A stretch of 50,832 bases of DNA from an uncultured Bacilli bacterium (GTDB taxonomy: Bacteria > Bacillota_I > Bacilli_A > RF39 > UBA660), in the NCBI GenBank assembly GCA_934086395.1, contig CAKOIE010000005.1, forward strand, positions 1-50,832. Direction: 5' to 3'. Positions within the stretch are counted from its first letter, which is position 1; each line of letters begins with the position of its first letter. Position numbers and translations under genes: made by a program. This document shows positions 7,775-16,275 of this stretch, piece after piece. Below the pieces are notes generated by a model. That model did not search any database. It was given only the letters and a program-made list of their open reading frames with translations, and was not told the DNA's origin.

Positions 7775-9349
7775 CTAATCAATTTTAGTAATATTTATGA
7801 TATCTTCTTCTTGAAGATAAGATACTTTTAATTTATCGCCATTATTTATAAATGGAAGGTTATCTGATAATTCAATGGATGCTTTATATTTTTGATTGTT
7901 TGAATCAAGTATGTAATAATATGTTGTTCCATTTATTACGCTAGATTTTATAGATTTAATTATTATTTCTTTTGATATATCTTCGCCATTTTGAGTTAGT
8001 TTAACATTTTTTAAATAGTTATTAGCTGCTTCATTTATACCTTTTGATGAATCGGTTACGATTACTTTTTGGTAATCTTTTACATCAACAAAGCCATACA
8101 TTTTTACTAATCCGGCAGCATCTTTTAAACTTACTAAATAGGTTGGATTACCTTTAAGATTAATTAATAATGGGAAGGTAGATTTATATTTCATTTGTTG
8201 AACTGCACCTTCTGCTGATGCCATGGCACTATATTCTTCGGCCCCGGGTACACTATAAAAGCAAGTTGCACCGGTTCTCATATTAGTTAAAATAAATCCT
8301 AGATTTGATTCATCATTTACGATAGAGGTTAATCCAGTATAAAGGTATATATCATCATTCATAGCTAGATAGTTATAGCCATCAGTTGTGTTTACGACAT
8401 TCTTTTGAGAAAAGATGCTATTTAAGAAACCATTTTGATATGTTCCCCAGTCATCAACTTGTTCTATTATTAAATTAGCATTAAAGGCGATATCAATCCA
8501 TGTTGGAATATTTCCGATAAGATATTCTTCACTATCACCTGTTATGGCATTTAAAATTATTACACCTTCAACTTTAGCACGCATATTTATAGCACTATAT
8601 TTAAGAACAGGCATTACCCAATATGGATTATCTTCATTATCAATTTCAAATGATATATTACCAAAATTTTTTGTTGGATATTTAAATCTTAATTTACGAT
8701 AAACATTATCATTAAATAAGCCTGATTCAACATATTTCATTCCTTTGTCTAGTCTAATTAGTTCTGATTTTCCAGTTGTACTATCAACAGTTATATACCC
8801 CTTTACTCCTTCTTTACGATTAGTTAACCATTTTATAGGAGATGCATATTCTAAAGGTGTTACTCTAATTATTTTATTGTTATAGTTTATTTGAGTATAG
8901 ATATCTGATACATCATATTGACTTACTAAATCACTCATTTGGCCCATAACACGGTCTCCTAGGGCTTTACTACTTGTTTTATCAAGTAATGGTAATTTTG
9001 AAAAATCTACTTCTTGAATATCAGTGTTAAATTCTTTAGTAGAATCAACTTCAATCCGATTTGCATATTTTGAAGCCATAAATAGTGGACTTTCTATAAA
9101 ATTCCATAGCATGATTAAAACTAATATAGCAGGCACAGCTAGAAGTAAATAGTTTAGTTTAATAATTCTTTTGTCAAATGTGATTACTTTTTTTAGGTTA
9201 AATATTAAACTTATTCCATAATAAAATAGGATTATAAATATTATAAATAAATACAAGCTAATATTATGGATATTTAAAGCAGGTAAAAATAAGTAATAAT
9301 AAATAAACGCAAAAAGTATAGTTAAAATAATACTTAATATTTTTTTCAT
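7775..9349 (-). CDS. Conserved-looking membrane protein of unknown function (three N-terminal TM helices and a large extracytoplasmic domain)
   Basis: 524-aa ORF with MKKILSIILTILFAFIYYYLF and two further hydrophobic helices, then about 420 aa of soluble domain. I recognise no motif. Confidence 0.6.
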   Translation of the reverse strand: MKKILSIILTILFAFIYYYLFLPALNIHNISLYLFIIFIILFYYGISLIFNLKKVITFDKRIIKLNYLLLAVPAILVLIMLWNFIESPLFMASKYANRIEVDSTKEFNTDIQEVDFSKLPLLDKTSSKALGDRVMGQMSDLVSQYDVSDIYTQINYNNKIIRVTPLEYASPIKWLTNRKEGVKGYITVDSTTGKSELIRLDKGMKYVESGLFNDNVYRKLRFKYPTKNFGNISFEIDNEDNPYWVMPVLKYSAINMRAKVEGVIILNAITGDSEEYLIGNIPTWIDIAFNANLIIEQVDDWGTYQNGFLNSIFSQKNVVNTTDGYNYLAMNDDIYLYTGLTSIVNDESNLGFILTNMRTGATCFYSVPGAEEYSAMASAEGAVQQMKYKSTFPLLINLKGNPTYLVSLKDAAGLVKMYGFVDVKDYQKVIVTDSSKGINEAANNYLKNVKLTQNGEDISKEIIIKSIKSSVINGTTYYYILDSNNQKYKASIELSDNLPFINNGDKLKVSYLQEEDIINITKID

Positions 9350-9414
9350 ATGTTCCTCCGAATTTATTATATCAAGAAAAAATAGAATGTGATAGAATAT
9401 TATTTGTGATTAAT

Positions 9415-10314
9415 ATGTATTATAATAATTTAAGTGATTTTTATAAGAATAAATTTGGATGTAAAGTTGTTAAACTTTCTTTTGATGGTGGATTTAGTTG
9501 TCCTAATAGGGTTAATGGCTCTGGTGGTTGTATTTTTTGTTCAGGTTCTTATGAGTTTGCAGGAGATAGAAATAAGTCTTTAGAAGAACAATATCAAGAA
9601 CAAAGAATAGTGATGGATAAAAAATGGCCTAATGCGAAGTATATAGCTTATTTTGGTTCTTTTACTAATACTTTTGATACACTTGATAATTTAAAGAAAA
9701 GATTTGAAAAGGTTTTAAGTTTTGATAATGTGATTGGTTTATCAATTGGAACTAGAAGTGATTCAATTAGTAGTGAATGTTTTGAGTATTTAAGTGAGCT
9801 TAACAAAAGAACATTTTTAACAATTGAACTAGGGTTACAGTCTTCTTTTAATCAAACTTTAAAGTATATTAATAGAGGTCATGATATAGAAAATTTTGAT
9901 AGATGTGTTAAAAAACTAAAGGAATTAAATATTAATGTGGTTGTACATATTATTGATGGTCTTCCTGGTGAAACTGAAGATATGATGCTAGATACAGTTA
10001 GACATTTAAATAAACTAGATATAAATGGAATAAAGATACATAATCTATTTGTTGTTAAAAATACATTGCTTGGTAAAATGTATGAGGATAGTCCTTTTAA
10101 ATTACTTGAAAAAGATGAATATATTGATTTACTTGTTAAACAAATAAGAATTTTAAAACCTAGTATTGTAGTTCATAGATTAACTGGTGATCCTAAAAAA
10201 GAGGACCTCATTGCTCCATTATGGGCTGTTAAAAAAATTGATGTTTTAAATGGGGTTGTTAAGAAACTTAAGAAAGATAAAGCTTATCAAGGAATTGATT
10301 ATAAAGAAAATTAA
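9415..10314 (+). CDS. TIGR01212-family radical SAM protein
   Basis: FGCKVVKLSFDGGFSCPNRVNGSGGCIFCS is the characteristic N-terminal Cys motif of this family. Start set to ATG 9415 (the track uses GTG 9406), so the start is uncertain. Confidence 0.8.
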   Translation: MYYNNLSDFYKNKFGCKVVKLSFDGGFSCPNRVNGSGGCIFCSGSYEFAGDRNKSLEEQYQEQRIVMDKKWPNAKYIAYFGSFTNTFDTLDNLKKRFEKVLSFDNVIGLSIGTRSDSISSECFEYLSELNKRTFLTIELGLQSSFNQTLKYINRGHDIENFDRCVKKLKELNINVVVHIIDGLPGETEDMMLDTVRHLNKLDINGIKIHNLFVVKNTLLGKMYEDSPFKLLEKDEYIDLLVKQIRILKPSIVVHRLTGDPKKEDLIAPLWAVKKIDVLNGVVKKLKKDKAYQGIDYKEN

Positions 10315-10336
10315 AAAAGTCGTTATGACTTTTTTT
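10313..10336. terminator. Bidirectional terminator between convergent genes
   Basis: AAAAAAGTC-gttat-GACTTTTTT(T), a perfect 9-bp stem flanked by A and T runs. It spans the stop codons of both convergent ORFs. Confidence 0.65.
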
Positions 10337-11003
10337 GAAATGTATAAATATTTATTTTATGTTCTATAATTTTACTTGATATTTTTGCAGATACAGTTTC
10401 TCCATATATTACATTAAAGCATTTAATGGCGATAGGTAAGGTTTTAAATTTAAAATATGTATTAAAAGTTTTTTCTAATTTAAATTCATTTTGTATAATC
10501 CAAGAATTATAAATTTTCGTTCTTGTATCTTTGTCTCTATCACGTAATTGTTCAAATTCGCTATTTTCAGCATTTTCGATTAAGACCATAATTCCATCTT
10601 TTTTCAATACTCTTTTTAATTCAAACAATGCTTTATTTCTTTCTTCTAATTTAGTTATTGTCCCTAATACCCAACATGAAATTATTAAATCGACTGAATT
10701 GTCTTCTAATGGAATATTTGTTAAATCAGATGATATAAATATTGAATTAGATTTTTTAGATTTTGATTTTGCTTTTATTAATTGGTCATTTGATAAATCA
10801 ATTCCAATATATTTTTGAGCATCTTTTTCTATTGTTTCTAAAAATTTTCCCGTACCACAACCAGCATCTAAAACAATTTTATCATTAATAAGTGATTTTA
10901 TATAATCCCTAACTTTATTTTCATAATCTTCTGCTTGACTAAATATTTCGTAATAATCATTATCTTCATAATAAGCCTTAGAATCTTTTAATAGGTTTTT
11001 CAT
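10323..11003 (-). CDS. Class I SAM-dependent methyltransferase (last gene of the six-gene operon)
   Basis: 226 aa with motif I VLDAGCGTGKF and post-I IGIDLS. ATG has an AAAGGAAA RBS and overlaps the ATP-grasp gene by 26 nt. Confidence 0.8.
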   Translation of the reverse strand: MKNLLKDSKAYYEDNDYYEIFSQAEDYENKVRDYIKSLINDKIVLDAGCGTGKFLETIEKDAQKYIGIDLSNDQLIKAKSKSKKSNSIFISSDLTNIPLEDNSVDLIISCWVLGTITKLEERNKALFELKRVLKKDGIMVLIENAENSEFEQLRDRDKDTRTKIYNSWIIQNEFKLEKTFNTYFKFKTLPIAIKCFNVIYGETVSAKISSKIIEHKINIYTFQKKS

Positions 11004-12018
11004 ACATAGTTTCCTTTTTCATATCTACTGTTTCAGGATATATCATATCTACAATATACTTAGCAATATTTCGTGATTGTCCAATGGCTGGTCGATAATG
11101 CATATGAATACCTGGAACCGTATTTATCTCGATTATTTTATATGAATAATCATTTTGCTGATCTGATATAGAATTTGTCATAAAATCAATTCCAACATAT
11201 GGTAATCCCGGAAAGGCTTTTAAAACTTTTAAACCTATTTCAATAACACTTGGATGAACTTTGTCTGTATAATCTTCGCAAATTCCTCCCATAGCAACAT
11301 TTGAATTTGGTCTTAAATAAATTTTTTTACCCATTTGAGGTACACTATTTAAACTTAGATTATTTTTTCTTAAATATGAAATTAATTCTTCATCCACTAA
11401 AATTTCACATAATGCGTTAGTTCTTGGATTCATTCTTTCATAATTTTCTTTATTAATTAAATATTCTATTGTATGAATTCCATCGCCAAAAATATGGGCT
11501 GGATCACGTAATAAGACTGCATAGTTACCATTTCTAGTTATAAATACTCTATACTCTTTGGCATTATAATATTCTTCTATTATTATTCTGGTTGATTCTC
11601 CACGATGATTGATTATGTTAATTATAGCATTTTCAACATCCTGTTCAGTGATTAAATTTGTATATACGTCAAAACCATGAGAACCAAAGACTGGTTTTAT
11701 TACGACTGGACAGTTTAATATTTTAAATGCTCTTTTTATATAATCAATATCTTTAGCTAAAAATGATTCTCCAATTGGAACTGATATTCCATGTTGAATT
11801 AAATTTTTTTTGGTAAAATATTTATCGCCAGCTAATATAGAAACATTATATGGCATAATTGAAGAATCTCTATCAATTATTAGTTCTTCATGACCTTGAA
11901 ATGACGTTTTTATTATTTCTCTTTTTTCATTTATTACTTCAACACTTATTCCTCTTTTTAGCATTTCATATATAAAAATCTTTTGATTTGAATGCAAATT
12001 TTTATATATGTTTTCCAT
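10978..12018 (-). CDS. ATP-grasp ligase of the GshF C-terminal / cyanophycin-synthetase N-terminal type
   Basis: 346 aa. The pattern resembles the ATP-grasp domains of GshF and CphA: CPVVIKPVFGSHGFDV, EYRVFITRNGNYAVLLRDPAHIFGDGIHTI, YLRPNSNVAMGG, IIEINTVPGIHMH. Confidence 0.75.
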   Translation of the reverse strand: MENIYKNLHSNQKIFIYEMLKRGISVEVINEKREIIKTSFQGHEELIIDRDSSIMPYNVSILAGDKYFTKKNLIQHGISVPIGESFLAKDIDYIKRAFKILNCPVVIKPVFGSHGFDVYTNLITEQDVENAIINIINHRGESTRIIIEEYYNAKEYRVFITRNGNYAVLLRDPAHIFGDGIHTIEYLINKENYERMNPRTNALCEILVDEELISYLRKNNLSLNSVPQMGKKIYLRPNSNVAMGGICEDYTDKVHPSVIEIGLKVLKAFPGLPYVGIDFMTNSISDQQNDYSYKIIEINTVPGIHMHYRPAIGQSRNIAKYIVDMIYPETVDMKKETMYEKPIKRF

Positions 12019-12538
12019 TACCTGTTGTTCCTTTTTTTAATTCACTAATTAAAATGTCTAATTCAGTATTTTCTTGTTTTAATCTTTCTGTTTCTTGTTC
12101 ATATTTTCTTGCTTCAGCCACTAATCTGCTTAGCTCTTCTATTTTTTGTTTTCTTTCTAATAAAATTTTGTTTATATTTTCATCTTTTGGATTGACACTT
12201 ACAACTGTTGTTTTTAACCTTTCTATTAGTTTGTCAATGTCATCAAGACTATTATATTTTCTTTCTTTAGGCAATGGAGTTCCATCACTTAATGATTGAG
12301 GATAAGACACCGAAATATTTTCTGATGTTATATTTTGTTTTTCATTAGTTCTTGATTCTGATGTTATAAAATTTGAATTTGTTAGAGATGTTCTACTTTC
12401 GCCACTTGAGTATGATGATTGTGGTGATGTTGTTCTACTTTCGCCACTTGAATATAAAGGTCGTGATAATGAGGTCCTACTTTCGCCATAAGAATCTCTA
12501 AAACCATAGTTACTTCTACTTTCAAAATTACTTTCCAT
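12002..12538 (-). CDS. Ser/Thr/Arg-rich repeat protein with C-terminal coiled coil (unknown function; candidate substrate or scaffold of the operon)
   Basis: 178 aa. ATG lies 1 nt after the upstream stop, with an AAGGAGAG RBS inside the upstream gene. There are five ESR(T/S) motifs, and the C-terminal half is heptad-like and charged (KILLERKQKIEELSRLVAEARKYEQETERLKQENTELDILISELKK). Confidence 0.7.
   Translation of the reverse strand: MESNFESRSNYGFRDSYGESRTSLSRPLYSSGESRTTSPQSSYSSGESRTSLTNSNFITSESRTNEKQNITSENISVSYPQSLSDGTPLPKERKYNSLDDIDKLIERLKTTVVSVNPKDENINKILLERKQKIEELSRLVAEARKYEQETERLKQENTELDILISELKKGTTGNGKHI
12347..12526 (-). repeat. Intragenic repeats encoding five ESR(T/S) motifs at a 13-14-residue period
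   Basis: ESR occurs at residues 6, 19, 33, 47 and 61. Three units are YG/SSGESRT. DNA-level copies are TTCTACTTTCGCCACTTGA (twice) and TCCTACTTTCGCCATAAGA. Confidence 0.8.
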
Positions 12539-12539
12539 T

Positions 12540-13355
12540 TTAAATACTCTCCTTTATAAATACGGCATCAAGTAAATTTGTTTTATTTATTAATGCGCTA
12601 CTTAATGTTTCTATTTTTATATTTCCAAAGATTTTTTTAACATTTTCTATATCATCTATCGCACTTCGTTTTGTATTTTTATTAACATCATAAACATAAG
12701 CAAAATAAATATAATGAACATTCTTTAAAAAATTATTAATTAATTTATTATAATTTTCCAAACAATTATTCTCAAACATTAGGTCAAGATAATCAGAAAT
12801 ATTTGATAAAAACATATAATCGTATTTATCTTCTAATTTTAAATTTTTTAGATTGGTTTCTAAATAAACAATGTTTACGTTATCCAATCTTGTTTTTATT
12901 ATATCATAATTATGTTGATTAAAATATAAATTATAGTCCTTTTTAGCTTTTGGATCAAAATAATTTGTATTAAATAGGTCTGAATATTTAAGTTTCAATC
13001 CATCATTTTTATTTTTGGCTAATTCTTTAATCCAAAACTTTTTACATTTTTCATCTATTTTTAATGAAGTTATTATTTCGTATGAAAATGTTTTAGGCGT
13101 GTCAAATAAGATAAAATCTAAAAAATCATTATATTTTAATTGTTTTATTGCTGCTATTTTTAGTTCCATATAATATTTTGAATATGGATTAATATCAAAA
13201 GTTGTTATTTCATTGCATCCTTTTAAGATTACATTTAAAATGTGATCAGCTGATCCCGTGACTGTGACAATCTTTTTATTAGTTAAATCAAGTTTGTTCA
13301 TATATCCAGCTATATTTTCGGTTGTAAATAAATATATACTTTTAAATTTTTCCAT
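12540..13355 (-). CDS. Short DUF3419/BtaA-like SAM-dependent (3-amino-3-carboxypropyl-transferase-like) protein
   Basis: 271 aa. VTVTGSADHILNVILKGCNEITTFDINPYSKYYMELKIAAIKQLKYNDFLDFI mirrors the conserved N-terminal block of BtaA/DUF3419 proteins (SAGCN...VDLNPAQ..LLELK.AA...L.Y.DF). It is shorter than canonical BtaA. Confidence 0.6.
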   Translation of the reverse strand: MEKFKSIYLFTTENIAGYMNKLDLTNKKIVTVTGSADHILNVILKGCNEITTFDINPYSKYYMELKIAAIKQLKYNDFLDFILFDTPKTFSYEIITSLKIDEKCKKFWIKELAKNKNDGLKLKYSDLFNTNYFDPKAKKDYNLYFNQHNYDIIKTRLDNVNIVYLETNLKNLKLEDKYDYMFLSNISDYLDLMFENNCLENYNKLINNFLKNVHYIYFAYVYDVNKNTKRSAIDDIENVKKIFGNIKIETLSSALINKTNLLDAVFIKESI

Positions 13356-14793
13356 AGCATATTCCCTTTGATTTATTTTTTAAAAATTTTTGGATATTAT
13401 TATCATTTAAGACTTCCTTTAATGAATTATTTCTTAATGAGATTGAAGATATACATTTTTTATTATTTTCATATACCCATGGACAAGGACTAATAAATCC
13501 TTTGTTATTTATATAAAGAAATTTATCTCCTGCTGGACATTTTTTTATATATACTGGCTGTTGTCCAAAATTATAATTTATGATTATTTTATCATTATAT
13601 TTTTCTTTTAGTGCATTTATTTGATTAATTAAATTTTCATTTGATTCAGTTTTAATCAAATCTTTACTTTGACCTTCAACTGGTTCCATTATGGAAAATA
13701 TTATTTCATTAGCTTGTAAATTAATTGATTCTTCTATTACATTTTTTAAGCTATTTTCATTTTTTGCATGAATAACAGTACCAATTCTAATTTTATTTTT
13801 TGAATTTTTTAAATATTTTAATCCTTTGATTGTTCTTTCATAAGTCGTTTTACCTCTTACTGATTCTTGTTCTTCTTTATTACCATCTAGGCTAACGTGT
13901 ATCATTTTTAAATTTATTTGATTTAGTTTGTTAACTATTTCGGGAGTTATTAAGGAAGCATTAGTTGATATATCTACTGTAAGATTTTTGCTAGCATACT
14001 TTAATATATCAATAATATCTGTGCGAATAAAAGGCTCTCCACCTGTTATTTTTAAATGTTTATATCCATTGTTTACTAATTCGTCAATAACATGCTTACA
14101 TTCTTCGGTAGTCAACTCTCCATATACTCTTTTTTTATCACATGAAAAAATACAGTAAGAACAACCATAGTTACAATTATGTGTTATTTCCCATATTGCT
14201 TTTCCTTCATTTTTTGGTAATGTAAATTTACATTCCATTTTATTTTCTATAAATTCGTTTATTTTATTTATTTCCATATTTTCCTCTACTATCATAAACT
14301 TTTTTGATTCATATTGTTTTATATTAGATATTCTTTGTAATTCAAATCGTTTTATTATTTCCTCCTGTGAAAGGTCACTTTCTTTTAATCTATCTAATCT
14401 AACTTTTTCAGGGGTATTTAGATATATGATTTTATCAAATTTTTCGATTAAATTATCATTTATTATTAAAGCCCAATCAATAATTATTGTTTTATTTTTC
14501 ATTTTATCTATATAAGAAAATAAGTAATCATATAATATCTTTTTATAGTTATTCATATTATTTTGATTATTATAAATATACTTGTTTAAAATTTTTGAGT
14601 CTATTTTCTGATAGTTCTTCAATTCATTTATGTTTTGTTTTAATTTATTTATATAATTATTATTGTTGTATAAATTTCTTCTAAATACATCGACGTCTAT
14701 ATACTCAAAATTAGGATTTAATTCAATTAATTTTTTAGATAATGTGGTTTTGCCAGAAGACATGCCTCCTGTAATTCCTATTAATCTATTCAT
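13342..14793 (-). CDS. Fusion of a dephospho-CoA-kinase-like P-loop domain and a radical SAM enzyme with a SPASM/twitch-like C-terminus
   Basis: Start re-set to ATG 14793 (MNRLIGITGGMSSGKTT), which overlaps the upstream stop as ATGAATAG. CoaE-like motifs IGITGGMSSGKTT and IDVDVFRR; rSAM CxxxCxxC (HNCNYGCSYCIF); Cys-containing tail CPAGDKFLYINNKGFISPCPW...KKC...GIC. Confidence 0.75.
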   Translation of the reverse strand: MNRLIGITGGMSSGKTTLSKKLIELNPNFEYIDVDVFRRNLYNNNNYINKLKQNINELKNYQKIDSKILNKYIYNNQNNMNNYKKILYDYLFSYIDKMKNKTIIIDWALIINDNLIEKFDKIIYLNTPEKVRLDRLKESDLSQEEIIKRFELQRISNIKQYESKKFMIVEENMEINKINEFIENKMECKFTLPKNEGKAIWEITHNCNYGCSYCIFSCDKKRVYGELTTEECKHVIDELVNNGYKHLKITGGEPFIRTDIIDILKYASKNLTVDISTNASLITPEIVNKLNQINLKMIHVSLDGNKEEQESVRGKTTYERTIKGLKYLKNSKNKIRIGTVIHAKNENSLKNVIEESINLQANEIIFSIMEPVEGQSKDLIKTESNENLINQINALKEKYNDKIIINYNFGQQPVYIKKCPAGDKFLYINNKGFISPCPWVYENNKKCISSISLRNNSLKEVLNDNNIQKFLKNKSKGICYGKI

Positions 14794-16126
14794 ACCAACA
14801 CATCCCATACTTGATAGGAATAAAGGCTGCAATTTTAGTATTTTTTTCTAAATTATTATATTTATTCCAATCAATGTCATCAAAAATTATACTATATCCT
14901 TTTTGTTTTAAATCTTCTATTAATAAATTTATTCCTTCTGTTAGTTCCTTATTGACGTTGTTAGGGTGATTAGAATGAATGTATTGACTTTTATTTACTA
15001 TATTTTTATTCTCTTCAAAAATAGGTGTGCCTACTCTATACGCTAAATAATGCAATCTTAATTCATGTGGCTCTATTTCGTTTATTAATTTTCTAGTTAA
15101 GTTTAAATCTTCTTTTGTTGTGTTAGGATAATCTAGAATAATACTATTTCTTACTCTGTATCCTATTGCTTTTACTTCTTTAATTATTCTTTTTATATTA
15201 TCTATATTCATATTTTTTTGCATATAATTTAAGATTTTTAAACTTCCTGATTCAATTCCAAAGTGAATCCATCTAAAACCAATGTCATACATTTCTTTAA
15301 ACATTTTTTCATCATAGCAAGATATACTACTAAGACAGCCAAATAAACATTTTATATTCCTGCTTTTTATTTCGTTACATATATCAAACATTCTTTTTTT
15401 ATCTACTGTCATATTATCATCTAAAAAAATTATTTTTTTAGTATTATAATTATTTATAAGGTATTCAATCTCATCAACAACCTGTTTATAATTTTTTGAT
15501 TGCCAATTCTTAAAAAATACCGGAGTTGTGCAAAATGTACATTTTCCTATGCAACCACGAGAAGTTATCATTGTTCTAGTATCCATATATTTACTGATGT
15601 CTAATAACTCTCTTTTAGGAATATCTAAATCTTTAAAATAATTTGTTGTTTTTTGATTAGAAGTTAATATTATTTTATTGTGATTTTTATAAGCTAAATT
15701 TGGTATTTTATATAAATCACCATTTGATATTATGCAATCTATTACTTCATTAATAATATTATCTGCTATGCCTTTAATTACGATATCAAACCCATTATTT
15801 AAAAATTTTTCGTAGTAGTATGAAGAAGTTTTTCCAATAATAATAAACTTAGTTTCTTTATTACAATTTTTTATTATTTCAAACATATTATTTATTGTTT
15901 CACTTGTGTGAAGTGGTAATTGATAGTCATAAACAAATATTACAATATTTTTATCTTTTAAATATTCATTAATGTTATTATCCATTCTATTTACATCCAT
16001 ATCGATAACATTTACTTTATGCTTTTTATTTATTATTGTTGCAATTTGAAGAACATCTAGTGGTTCAGCTAATATTGATTTATTTGTAAATGGTTTGTTT
16101 GGTGGATTAATGACTAAAATATTCAT
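14786..16126 (-). CDS. B12-binding-domain (class B) radical SAM protein
   Basis: 446 aa. N-terminal Rossmann-like B12-binding-type region (MNILVINPP...NIVIFVYDY...FIIIGK), then the rSAM cluster SRGCIGKCTFCT. AAGGAGAAAAAT-ATG RBS. Confidence 0.8.
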   Translation of the reverse strand: MNILVINPPNKPFTNKSILAEPLDVLQIATIINKKHKVNVIDMDVNRMDNNINEYLKDKNIVIFVYDYQLPLHTSETINNMFEIIKNCNKETKFIIIGKTSSYYYEKFLNNGFDIVIKGIADNIINEVIDCIISNGDLYKIPNLAYKNHNKIILTSNQKTTNYFKDLDIPKRELLDISKYMDTRTMITSRGCIGKCTFCTTPVFFKNWQSKNYKQVVDEIEYLINNYNTKKIIFLDDNMTVDKKRMFDICNEIKSRNIKCLFGCLSSISCYDEKMFKEMYDIGFRWIHFGIESGSLKILNYMQKNMNIDNIKRIIKEVKAIGYRVRNSIILDYPNTTKEDLNLTRKLINEIEPHELRLHYLAYRVGTPIFEENKNIVNKSQYIHSNHPNNVNKELTEGINLLIEDLKQKGYSIIFDDIDWNKYNNLEKNTKIAAFIPIKYGMCWYE

Positions 16127-16158
16127 ATTTTTCTCCTTAATTGTCTCGTTTTTAAAAT

Positions 16159-16187
16159 ATTTTATCTAAAATAAATAATTTTTGCAA
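16159..16187 (-). promoter_or_regulatory. Putative sigma-A promoter of the six-gene operon
   Basis: On the minus strand, TTGCAA (16182-16187), a 17-nt spacer and TAAAAT (16159-16164), about 33 nt upstream of ATG 16126. Confidence 0.5.
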
Positions 16188-16239
16188 TTGATATTGAAAC
16201 AATTTTATTTTTTAAATAATCATAAAATTAGACAATATT

Positions 16240-16275
16240 AAAAGAGTTAACTTAGGACCAAATGTTAACTCTTTT
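16240..16275 (-). terminator. Hairpin overlapping the M13 peptidase stop codon (weak terminator)
   Basis: AAAAGAGTTAAC-N12-GTTAACTCTTTT, a perfect 12-bp inverted repeat. The U-run is limited to the stem end. Confidence 0.4.
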
